From Edaphobacter aggregans (GTDB taxonomy: Bacteria > Acidobacteriota > Terriglobia > Terriglobales > Acidobacteriaceae), in NCBI RefSeq assembly GCF_003945235.1, contig NZ_RSDW01000001.1, positions 1,590,001-1,622,000 of the forward strand: a DNA stretch of 32,000 nt, read 5' to 3'. The notes below the pieces were generated by a model. It searched no databases and was not told where the DNA came from. It was given only the letters and a program-made list of their open reading frames with translations. Made by a program: the position numbers and the translations under genes. Each line of letters opens with the position of its first letter. The stretch's first letter is position 1. Shown one piece after another: positions 15,619-23,654 of this stretch.

Positions 15619-16119
15619 ATGGCATCCGACAACAGCTTCGACGTAGTCAGTAAAGTAGAACTTCAGGAAGTAAAGAACGCCATCGAACAAGCCTCCAAAG
15701 AGGTTCACGCCCGCTTCGACCTCAAGGACTCCAAGTCAAAGATCGAACTCGAAGGCACCGACGCCATCCAGCTAGCCTCAGCCAGCGAGTACACCCTCAA
15801 GGCCGTCATCGAGATCCTCTCCCAGAAGCTAGTCAAGCGCGGAGTCTCCCTCAAAAACCTGGAGTTCGAAAAGCTCGAGCCCGCCGCCAACTCCTCCGTC
15901 CGCCAGAAGATCAAACTAGTCCAGGGCATTCCCTCCGAAAAAGCCAAGATCATCGTCGCCGCCATCAAGGATTCCAAGAAAAAGGCTCAGGCCAGCATCC
16001 AGGGCGACACCGTCCGTGTCGTCAGCAAAGACCGTGACACCCTCCAGGAAGTCATGGCTCTGCTCCGCGGCAAAGACATCGGCGTCGAACTCCAGTTCAC
16101 CAACTTCCGCAGCAACTGA
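15619..16119 (+). CDS. yajQ: YajQ-family nucleotide-binding protein (UPF0234)
   Basis: SFDVVSKVELQEVKNAIEQASKEVHARFDLKDS, and the ~165 aa length is typical of the family. AGAGGA Shine-Dalgarno sequence upstream. Confidence 0.85.
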   Translation: MASDNSFDVVSKVELQEVKNAIEQASKEVHARFDLKDSKSKIELEGTDAIQLASASEYTLKAVIEILSQKLVKRGVSLKNLEFEKLEPAANSSVRQKIKLVQGIPSEKAKIIVAAIKDSKKKAQASIQGDTVRVVSKDRDTLQEVMALLRGKDIGVELQFTNFRSN

Positions 16120-16209
16120 TCAAAAAACGCCGTTGCCACATCAAAATTCCCCGCGCGATTTTCGGTCAAGTCCATCTGCCGACAGGACCTCCTGTTACTC
16201 TAAATACGA

Positions 16210-17211
16210 GTGAGCACCCTCTCCAGCGCGACCGCCGCCGAAGTCTTCGAACTCCTCCGCGACGACCTCTCCGCCATCGAGCGGGAGTTCTCCAGCCAAT
16301 CCGCATCCAAAGTCGCTGTCATCACCGACATCGCCCAATACCTCATCGCTGGCGGCGGCAAGCGCATCCGCCCCCTGCTGCTCCTCCTCTCCGCCAAAGC
16401 CCTCGGCTGTACCAGCCACTCCCGCATCCGCCTCGGCGCCGTCGTCGAGATGCTCCACACCGCCACCCTCGTCCACGACGACATCATCGACGAGGCTGAT
16501 ACCCGCCGCGGCCGCCCCTCCTCCAACACCACCTGGGGCAACTCCAAGTGCGTCCTCGCCGGCGACTGGCTCTACATGCAGGCCTTCTCCACCGCACTCG
16601 AGGAGCGCAACTTCCACGTCCTCGACCTCCTCATCTCGCTCACCCAGCAGATGGTCGAAGGCGAACTCCTCCAGATCGAAAAGCTAGGCCACCTCATCAA
16701 CGAAGAGGAGTACTTCGACCTCATCTTCCGCAAGACCGCCTGCCTGTTCAAAGTCTCCATGCAGCTCGGAGCGGCTATAACGCCCCACACCTTCGGCGAC
16801 CCCACCGAGATCGAAATCCAACTTGGCGAATACGGCCGCAACCTTGGCCTGGCCTTCCAGATCGTCGACGACATCCTCGACCTCACCGCCACCGAAGACG
16901 TCCTCGGCAAGCCCGTAGCCAGCGACCTCCGCGAAGGTAAAGCCACCCTCGCCGTCATCCACGCCCTCGAGCGAGGCACCGGTGCCGACCGCGAAGCCAT
17001 CCGCACCGTCCTCGCCGACCGCAGCTTCGACCGCGTCTCCCATCCCCAAATCATCGAGATCCTCCAGCGCCACGCCTCCATCGACTACGCCATGGACACC
17101 GCCTGCGCCTACGCCGAAGCCGCCCGCCAGAGCATAGCCGACCTACCCGACTCCGAAGCCAAACGAGCCCTACTCTGGGTCCCCGGCTTCGTCACCACCC
17201 GCGACCGTTAG
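16210..17211 (+). CDS. ispB: long-chain all-trans polyprenyl diphosphate synthase (octaprenyl/heptaprenyl type)
   Basis: First DDxxD motif: LVHDDIIDEADTRRGRPS. Second motif: FQIVDDILD. GKRIRP lies near the N-terminus. Confidence 0.8.
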   Translation: MSTLSSATAAEVFELLRDDLSAIEREFSSQSASKVAVITDIAQYLIAGGGKRIRPLLLLLSAKALGCTSHSRIRLGAVVEMLHTATLVHDDIIDEADTRRGRPSSNTTWGNSKCVLAGDWLYMQAFSTALEERNFHVLDLLISLTQQMVEGELLQIEKLGHLINEEEYFDLIFRKTACLFKVSMQLGAAITPHTFGDPTEIEIQLGEYGRNLGLAFQIVDDILDLTATEDVLGKPVASDLREGKATLAVIHALERGTGADREAIRTVLADRSFDRVSHPQIIEILQRHASIDYAMDTACAYAEAARQSIADLPDSEAKRALLWVPGFVTTRDR

Positions 17212-17294
17212 ACTCCCCCTTCACGCGGTCCGAGCACCATCACTACAAGTGCATTTAAGTTGACACACAACAAACAGAAGGAAAAAATCGCGCC

Positions 17295-17885
17295 ATGCTT
17301 CCTCTGCTTGTGCTGTCTATCATCTTTCTCTTCCTTGTTGTAGGGGCATCGGTATTCGTCATTTGCGGAGTCTTGCCGCCACTGCGCAAATACGGGTTAA
17401 GCGCTGCGCTGTGGTGTGCAACGTGCGGACCATGTGTCGTGCTCTGGATGTTACTTGGTGGCTTCGCAATGGTGGCGAACGCTCTGGCGTTGCAAGCAGC
17501 ACAAACAAAGAATCTTCATTTGCCTGTCCTGCCCAATGGCATTGGAACCGGATATATTGCGCTGGGGCTGATGGGAACGATCGTGGTCGCTACCGTCGTG
17601 GCCTGGGTTCACCAAACGGCGATACGGCAGATGACATTTGCGTTGTTTCGGATCTATGCAGGGTTAGTTTCAGCGGGCATTGGTAGCGTCTGGGGCTGGT
17701 GCTTATGGATCTCGCTTGTGCTCGACACGCATCTCCCATACAGATTCCTACTTTGGGGCTTGGGAATGGTGGTATTGTGCGCAGGATTTGGCTACGCCGG
17801 CTTTCGCTGGGCAAAGAAGTTGAGGAATGATAGTCCGACGATGCCTGGGTTGGTTTCGCAAGCAGAGTTCGCGGGATTGGTCTGA
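17295..17885 (+). CDS. hypothetical polytopic membrane protein (orphan; atypical composition)
   Basis: There are about 5-6 hydrophobic segments and no recognisable motif. Codon third positions are G/T-rich, opposite to neighbouring + strand genes. Confidence 0.5.
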   Translation: MLPLLVLSIIFLFLVVGASVFVICGVLPPLRKYGLSAALWCATCGPCVVLWMLLGGFAMVANALALQAAQTKNLHLPVLPNGIGTGYIALGLMGTIVVATVVAWVHQTAIRQMTFALFRIYAGLVSAGIGSVWGWCLWISLVLDTHLPYRFLLWGLGMVVLCAGFGYAGFRWAKKLRNDSPTMPGLVSQAEFAGLV

Positions 17886-17926
17886 CATAAATTGGACAAC
17901 CTCGATGGCCATGCCCCACCCACATC

Positions 17927-17932
17927 TATAAT
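17927..17932 (+). promoter_or_regulatory. candidate -10 box (perfect TATAAT) 9 nt upstream of the VWA gene start
   Basis: tctataatttctgcatcATG. The spacing would give a leaderless or near-leaderless mRNA. There is no convincing -35. Confidence 0.25.
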
Positions 17933-17941
17933 TTCTGCATC

Positions 17942-18958
17942 ATGTGCAGGCTTCTCCAGGCCACTCTGTTCCTCTCGTTCGCCACAGCCTGCTACGCGCA
18001 AACGGCCCCACCCGCCCCCCAGAATACCCTGCACACAACAAGCCGCCTCGTCCTCGTTCCCACCCTTGTCCAGAACTCCGCAAACAATGTTGTCTATTCC
18101 CTCACAGCCAGCGATTTTCTCCTCACAGACAACGGCACCCCACAAAAGATCACGCTCGACGACCAAATCAATCCACCGCTCTCCCTCGTCGTCCTCATCC
18201 AGACCGGCGGAGCAGCCGTCCACCAACTCCGTGACTACAACGGTCTCGAAACCATGCTGGCCTCGCTCCTCGGTAATCCGCCAAACCAGGTCTCCATCGT
18301 CAACTTCGACAGCCGCCCCGAAGCCGCCTCCCCCTTCACCTCCGACATCGCCCAGTGGACCGACGCCATCAACCATCCCGACCCCGGCGACTCCGGTGCC
18401 GCCATCATGGACAGCCTCAAATTCGCCCTCGATCTTCTAAGCCATCAGCCCCCCACCAACCGCCGCGCTATCTTACTTCTCTCTCAACCTCACGACGTCG
18501 GCAGCAAAACCACCGCCAAAGAGATCCTTCGCATCACCGGAGAGACCAACACCGCCATCTACACCCTGACCTTCTCCCCCACCAAGACCACCCTCAAGGA
18601 CTCACTCAAAGAAAGCCCTCACGGCAACCCACCCGTTCAAGTTGGCAATGGATCCTACGTGGCCTACTTCGATCTCACCGAACCGATGCTGATGATCGTC
18701 GACGCCATGCGCAAAAACGTATCGGCAGAACTAGCCACCCTCTCAGGAGGAGAAGCAGCCCGCTACGACAACCAACACCAGCTCGACGACCAGCTCGAAA
18801 TCCTAGCCAATCACCTGCGCAACCGATACATGCTCAGCTTCGCCCCCACGTCCGCGCAACCAGGCTTCCACGCCCTCCACGTCAGCCTACTCAGCCATTC
18901 GGATTTCACCGTCTCCGCCAGAACCAGCTACTGGCTAAACAATCCTTCCGATCGCTAG
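17942..18958 (+). CDS. secreted VWA-related protein (acidobacterial VWFA-related type)
   Basis: Signal peptide MCRLLQATLFLSFATACYAQ. The N-terminal SRLVLVPTLVQNSANNVVYSLTASDFLLTDNGTPQKI and the later RAILLLSQPHD resemble the TIGR03436-type family. The MIDAS position reads LIQTGGA rather than DxSxS. Confidence 0.7.
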   Translation: MCRLLQATLFLSFATACYAQTAPPAPQNTLHTTSRLVLVPTLVQNSANNVVYSLTASDFLLTDNGTPQKITLDDQINPPLSLVVLIQTGGAAVHQLRDYNGLETMLASLLGNPPNQVSIVNFDSRPEAASPFTSDIAQWTDAINHPDPGDSGAAIMDSLKFALDLLSHQPPTNRRAILLLSQPHDVGSKTTAKEILRITGETNTAIYTLTFSPTKTTLKDSLKESPHGNPPVQVGNGSYVAYFDLTEPMLMIVDAMRKNVSAELATLSGGEAARYDNQHQLDDQLEILANHLRNRYMLSFAPTSAQPGFHALHVSLLSHSDFTVSARTSYWLNNPSDR

Positions 18959-18980
18959 GTCTTTCCCCAAGTGGAAGGTC

Positions 18981-19229
18981 CTACGCCTCACCCTCATCAA
19001 TCTCTTCATCGGACTCTTCCACCGCCAAATCCACCGCTACCAACCCTCGCCCCCGCTCCACCAGCACCTGAATCCTCCCCTCCGCAGCCTCCAGTTCCTT
19101 CTTGCAAGCCTCCGACAGCTTCACCCCTTCCTCAAACAGCCGCACCGACTCATCGAGCGACAACTCCCCCCGCTCCAGCCGTTCCACCACACCCTCCAGC
19201 GCCGTCAACTGCTCTTCAAAACTAGCCAT
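18981..19229 (-). CDS. xseB: exodeoxyribonuclease VII small subunit
   Basis: MASFEEQLTALEGVVERLERGELSLDESVRLFEEGVKLSEACKKEL is a canonical XseB N-terminus, in an 82 aa protein. Confidence 0.85.
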   Translation of the reverse strand: MASFEEQLTALEGVVERLERGELSLDESVRLFEEGVKLSEACKKELEAAEGRIQVLVERGRGLVAVDLAVEESDEEIDEGEA

Positions 19230-19259
19230 GCTTCCGCCTCAAACTCTCAGTAACCGAAC

Positions 19260-21179
19260 CTAAACCAACCCAAGCACCTGAGCAGCAGCCGGAAACTTCC
19301 CAAACGGCGCACTCACCTGAACTCCCTGCACCATCGGTCTCGCCTCTTCCAGCATCTCCTGCGCAATCTTCACGCCCTCAGCCTTCGCAGCATCCGGCGA
19401 AGTCGCCGCAGCCATCCTCGCCATAATCGACTCCGGCATACTCACCCGCAGATCGTTCTTCATAAACTCCGCATTCCGCAAACTCGTCAGCGGCCAAATC
19501 CCCGCGATCACCGGAATCCTGAACCCTTCAATCCTCTTCAGAAACTCCTCCAGCACGCGCATATCGAACACCGGCTGCGTAATCGCATACTCCGCGCCCG
19601 CCTCGACCTTATACGCGAACCGCCGAACCTCCTGATCGATATCCGGCACCCCAGGATTCGCAGCCACGGCAATCGTGAAACCCGTCGATCCGCCAATCGA
19701 GTTCTTTCCGATATCCAGCCCGCAGTTCAAATTCCGAACCACATTCACCAGCCCAATCGCGTCGACATCGAAAACCGCCGTAGCATCCGGATAATTCCCC
19801 AGCTTCGGAGGATCACCCGTCAGGCACAAAATATTCTTCAACCCAATCGAAGAAGCCCCCAGCAGGTCGCTCTGAATGCTCAACACATTCCTGTCCCGGC
19901 ACGTGTAATGCAGCACCGTCTCGATCCCCACATGCTGCTGAATCTGCACACACAAACTCTGCGCGCTCATCCTCGCACTCGCACGCGGCGAGTCCGGCAC
20001 ATTGATCGCGTCCACGCCCAGCCTGTGCAGATAAGCCGCGCCATCCAGCTCCTTGCTGCAGTCGATCCCCTTCGGCGGCACAATCTCCACCAGTCGCACA
20101 AACTCGCCCCGCGCGACCATCGATCCAATCTTCGATCGCTGCGCCAGCGGCGGAGGCGCAACCTTGTTCTTCACCTCAGCCGTAGCCGTCTTGTCCGCGC
20201 TCGTCTTCTCCATCACCTGAGCGCCCGTCTCCATCGCATCCATCGCGCGCAGCGAACTCTTCATCGCCCGTATATAGCTCGGAGTCGTCCCGCAACATCC
20301 ACCCACAAAGCTCGCGCCCGCCTTCACCAGCTTGCGCGTAAAGCTCGCCATGTACTCCGGCGAAGTCAAATAAATCGTCCGCCCTTCCACCGCCCGCGGA
20401 ATCCCTGCATTCGGCATCGCCGCCAGCGGCAGCATCGTCAAAGGCCGCATCCGCTCAATCACGCTCAGCACCGTAGCCGGCCCCGCGCTGCAATTGCAAC
20501 CAATCGCATCCGCGCCCCACGCCGTCAGCTTCGTCGCCGCCGTCTCAGCCGAAGCACCATCCAGACAATTTCCGTCCTCATCGACGGTCATCATCACAAT
20601 CACCGGCACCTCAGGAGCCACACTCCGAGCCGCACGAATCGCCTGCTCCGCCTCCACCAGCGAAGTCAGCGTTTCAATCACAAGCAAATCCACCCCAACC
20701 CCTGGCCCACCCTCAACCATCGCGCTGATCTGCTCCGCAAACGCCTCCCGAGCCTCATCCAGCCCCACCTTGCCCAGCGGCTCCAGCCTCACACCCAACG
20801 GCCCAATCGACCCCGCCACAAAGGCCTCGCTGGCCTGCTTCTCGCGGATCTGTTCCACACATTGCCGCGCCAGCTTCACACCAGCAACATTGATCTCTCG
20901 AACCTTATCCCCAAACCCAAAGTGCTCCAGCCGAAACCGATTCGCCCCAAACGTATTGGTTTCAATCACCTCCGCACCGGCCTGCAGATACTCCGAATGG
21001 ACCTCGCGCACCATCTCCGGCTGCGACAGGTTCAACTCGTCATAGCACCGATTGATGAAAATGCCCCGCGCATACAGCATTGTGCCCATCGCGCCATCGC
21101 ACAGCACCGTCGAACCGCTAAACAGCCTTGCAACGCCCACAGGACTTACCTTCTCGTTCGTTAGAACCTCTGCCATCAT
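19260..21179 (-). CDS. bifunctional homocysteine S-methyltransferase domain / 5,10-methylenetetrahydrofolate reductase (YitJ-like)
   Basis: The N-terminal Hcy-binding domain carries the zinc cysteines (IGCNCSAGP, VGGCCGTTP). The C-terminal half resembles MTHFR (VEIVPPKG..., HYTCRDRN, LCLTGDPP, YAITQPVFD). Confidence 0.85.
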   Translation of the reverse strand: MMAEVLTNEKVSPVGVARLFSGSTVLCDGAMGTMLYARGIFINRCYDELNLSQPEMVREVHSEYLQAGAEVIETNTFGANRFRLEHFGFGDKVREINVAGVKLARQCVEQIREKQASEAFVAGSIGPLGVRLEPLGKVGLDEAREAFAEQISAMVEGGPGVGVDLLVIETLTSLVEAEQAIRAARSVAPEVPVIVMMTVDEDGNCLDGASAETAATKLTAWGADAIGCNCSAGPATVLSVIERMRPLTMLPLAAMPNAGIPRAVEGRTIYLTSPEYMASFTRKLVKAGASFVGGCCGTTPSYIRAMKSSLRAMDAMETGAQVMEKTSADKTATAEVKNKVAPPPLAQRSKIGSMVARGEFVRLVEIVPPKGIDCSKELDGAAYLHRLGVDAINVPDSPRASARMSAQSLCVQIQQHVGIETVLHYTCRDRNVLSIQSDLLGASSIGLKNILCLTGDPPKLGNYPDATAVFDVDAIGLVNVVRNLNCGLDIGKNSIGGSTGFTIAVAANPGVPDIDQEVRRFAYKVEAGAEYAITQPVFDMRVLEEFLKRIEGFRIPVIAGIWPLTSLRNAEFMKNDLRVSMPESIMARMAAATSPDAAKAEGVKIAQEMLEEARPMVQGVQVSAPFGKFPAAAQVLGLV

Positions 21180-21312
21180 CGTCTCCGGTCTATTCCTCCC
21201 ATCCTAAGCCACCACCCCAACCCGCTCCAAACCTTGATCCAGCAGACCGCTACCCAAACCGCCGCCACCGCGTCCTTTGTTATACTCAGCGTTATAGCAG
21301 TGGCCGCAGATC

Positions 21313-22803
21313 ATGCCGCAGCGCTCAGGTTTGGAGTCCTTACCGTTGAAGAATCGTAGTCCCCTCAGCCAGTCTTTTTGTGCCCAGATCCTCTGCGGCC
21401 TCCTGATCGCCGTCGCTACCATAGGGCTCGCCGCGTGCAATAGCAACGACTACTACAAGTTCCCCCAATTCACCTTCGCCAACCGGCCCATCCCGCCCAG
21501 CAAGCTGGCGAACCGTGTCATGGTCGCAGTCACGGTCAACGGCTCCCAGGGAAGCCTGCAGATCCTCGATAGCCTGCGCGACATCCGCAGCAACGTTCAG
21601 AACACCATCCCCAGCTTCTCCATCTCGGGCTTCGGCGCTGGTTTTCCGAACATGATCTTCAACTTCCCCGAGCAGGTTCTCGGCTACGTCTACTCCAACT
21701 CCGACGGCAGCCTCAACAAAATCGACTACAGCAAGGAAGCCGCCAGCGGTTCAGCCGGAACCTTCCCCACCTCCACCTCACTCGCCATCCCCACCTCCTT
21801 CGCCCATATCTATGCTGCTGAAGCAGGCACCGGCATCCTGGGCGTCCTCGATAACACCACCGGCAAGAGCTACGGCCTCAATCTCCCCAACGTCTATCGG
21901 GTAGCCGTCAATCAGGGTGACACCGTCGTTCTCGCGATGGTCCGCAACTCCGACACACTCTACCGCCTCATCAAGCTCAACGCCAATCAGGCTGCCCCAT
22001 CTGGCGCCGTGGACTGCCAGCCCGTCACGCTCCCCGTCTACTGCGTCGTTCCCGTCCCTGACAGCCCGACCAAGCCCAGCCTCGACCGCCCCATCGGTGT
22101 CTACTTCTCCCTCGACGGCTCCCTGGCCTACGTCCTCAATTGCGGTCCCGAGTGCGGTGGTAAAACCGCCGGCATCACTCTCCTCCAGCAGGGCGCGCTC
22201 ACCATCGACATCAACACCCCGCCCTTCCCCAACGCGGTCAACACCAGCGTGGCCATCCCCGGCGGCGTCACGACCTCTCTCTCTGACGGCACCACGCTCT
22301 ATCTAGCCGGACAACAGCTTCAACCAGACGGCCTCTGGGCCGGGCGCCTCACCCTGCTCAACATGAGCACCCTCACCCCCAGCGCCCCCATCTCCATCTC
22401 CGACGGCAACCACACTAAGATGCTCTTCGCCGACGACAACACCCTCTGGATCGGCTCTCAATTCTGCGCCACCGGCGAGCGCGCCAAGTTAGGCCAGAAC
22501 TACAACTGCCTCACCAGCTACAACCTCGGCACCGGCGCCGCATCCATCGTTCCCGCCGTCAACCCGCAAGACCCCAACTCCGCGGTACCCTTTCCCAACG
22601 CCAACCAGAACCAGTGGTACTTAGGCGATCTCACCGGCCTCTGCTGGGTCGAAGGCCTCCACAAGGTCTACACCGCCTACGGTGGACAGGTCCACGCCTT
22701 CAACACCACCGACCTCTCCGAGATCAACAACCAATTCATCATCATCCAGGGCACAGCTCTCGACGTAGCCTACATGGACGCCGCCACCAACGCCGCTAAC
22801 TAG
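21313..22803 (+). CDS. hypothetical lipoprotein, probably beta-propeller-like
   Basis: Lipobox in LLIAVATIGLAAC. The rest has a repetitive beta-rich pattern (DTVVLAMVRNSDTLYRL, GSLAYVLNCGPECGG, GTTLYLAG, NTLWIGS, HKVYTAYGG). An alternative TTG start at 21346 gives MKNRSPLSQSF... Confidence 0.6.
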   Translation: MPQRSGLESLPLKNRSPLSQSFCAQILCGLLIAVATIGLAACNSNDYYKFPQFTFANRPIPPSKLANRVMVAVTVNGSQGSLQILDSLRDIRSNVQNTIPSFSISGFGAGFPNMIFNFPEQVLGYVYSNSDGSLNKIDYSKEAASGSAGTFPTSTSLAIPTSFAHIYAAEAGTGILGVLDNTTGKSYGLNLPNVYRVAVNQGDTVVLAMVRNSDTLYRLIKLNANQAAPSGAVDCQPVTLPVYCVVPVPDSPTKPSLDRPIGVYFSLDGSLAYVLNCGPECGGKTAGITLLQQGALTIDINTPPFPNAVNTSVAIPGGVTTSLSDGTTLYLAGQQLQPDGLWAGRLTLLNMSTLTPSAPISISDGNHTKMLFADDNTLWIGSQFCATGERAKLGQNYNCLTSYNLGTGAASIVPAVNPQDPNSAVPFPNANQNQWYLGDLTGLCWVEGLHKVYTAYGGQVHAFNTTDLSEINNQFIIIQGTALDVAYMDAATNAAN

Positions 22804-22810
22804 CTAGTCG

Positions 22811-22861
22811 GCGAGTTAGCTAGCCAGCGCCTATCACTCTTTCGCTGACTAGCTAACTCGC
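22811..22861. repeat. long CTAG-rich inverted repeat / hairpin in the lipoprotein-bshB1 spacer
   Basis: GCGAGTTAGCTAG (22811-22823) pairs perfectly with CTAGCTAACTCGC (22849-22861). An inner CAGCG/CGCTG pair (22825-22829 with 22843-22847) extends the stem. Confidence 0.8.
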
Positions 22862-22882
22862 TGACCTGTTGACTCACCTCCT

Positions 22883-23596
22883 ATGCTCGACATTCTCGCC
22901 ATAGCCGCCCACCGTGACGATGTCGAGCAAACTTGCGGAGGCACCCTCCTCACGATGCACGCCCGAGGCTGGCGCACCGGCATCCTCGACCTCACCCAAG
23001 GCGAGTCCGGCACCCGGGGCACCGCAGCCGAGCGCCAGGCCGAAGCCAACGCCGCCGCCCGCATCCTCAACGTCACACACCGCGAAGCCCTCGACCTCCC
23101 CGACGGCAACGTCCAGAACACCCTCGAGAACCGCCTCAAGATCGCCGCCGTCCTCCGCCGCCTTCGCCCCCGCGTCGTCATCCTCCCCTACTGGCAAGGT
23201 CGCCACCCCGACCACTACACCACCGCCACCCTCGGCTATGAAGCCTGCTTCGTCAGCGGCCTCTCCAAAATCGAAACCCCAGGCGGCCACGCACCTCACC
23301 GGCCCTACAAGATCCTCTACGCCTCCCTCTACGCCGATGTCCGGCCCACCTTCGTCGTCGACATCACCCCATTCGTCGAGCAGCGCCTCCAGTCCCTCCT
23401 GGCCTATCGCTCCCAGTACGGACAGCAGTCCACCGGCACCGGCCTCTTCGTCCCCGAAGAAGACATCCGCGAGCGCACCTTCGCCACCGCCCGCCACTAC
23501 GGCCTACTCGCCGGAGTCCGCTACGCCGAACCCTTCGTTCAAAAAGAAGTATCCCTCGCCGAAGACCTAATGCTTCTCCCCGTCCAATCCATCTGA
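22883..23596 (+). CDS. bshB1: PIG-L/LmbE-family N-acetylglucosaminyl deacetylase, BshB1-like (bacillithiol biosynthesis)
   Basis: MLDILAIAAHRDDVEQTCGGT, GILDLTQGESGTRGT and PYWQGRHPDH are collinear with Bacillus BshB1 as I recall it. Confidence 0.7.
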   Translation: MLDILAIAAHRDDVEQTCGGTLLTMHARGWRTGILDLTQGESGTRGTAAERQAEANAAARILNVTHREALDLPDGNVQNTLENRLKIAAVLRRLRPRVVILPYWQGRHPDHYTTATLGYEACFVSGLSKIETPGGHAPHRPYKILYASLYADVRPTFVVDITPFVEQRLQSLLAYRSQYGQQSTGTGLFVPEEDIRERTFATARHYGLLAGVRYAEPFVQKEVSLAEDLMLLPVQSI

Positions 23597-23616
23597 CCCC
23601 ACCCTGATCTTTCCTG

Positions 23617-23645
23617 TTGTCATCCCGCAGGGATCTGCTCTTGCC
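23617..23645 (+). repeat. dispersed element copy 2: TTGTCATCCCGCAGGGATCTGCTCTTGCC
   Basis: Matches 10710-10738 at 27 of 29 nt. It lies between the convergent bshB1 and GGDEF genes. Confidence 0.7.
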
Positions 23646-23654
23646 ATCCAGCCC

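Noticed and set aside
21180-21312. A SAM-I (S-box) riboswitch upstream of the YitJ-like gene, by analogy with Bacillus yitJ.
   Set aside because: There is only a weak ATCAAG..GGAG resemblance. The conserved GAGGGA-GGCCC-GCAACC core and P1 pairing are not present by eye. This needs a covariance-model scan to settle.
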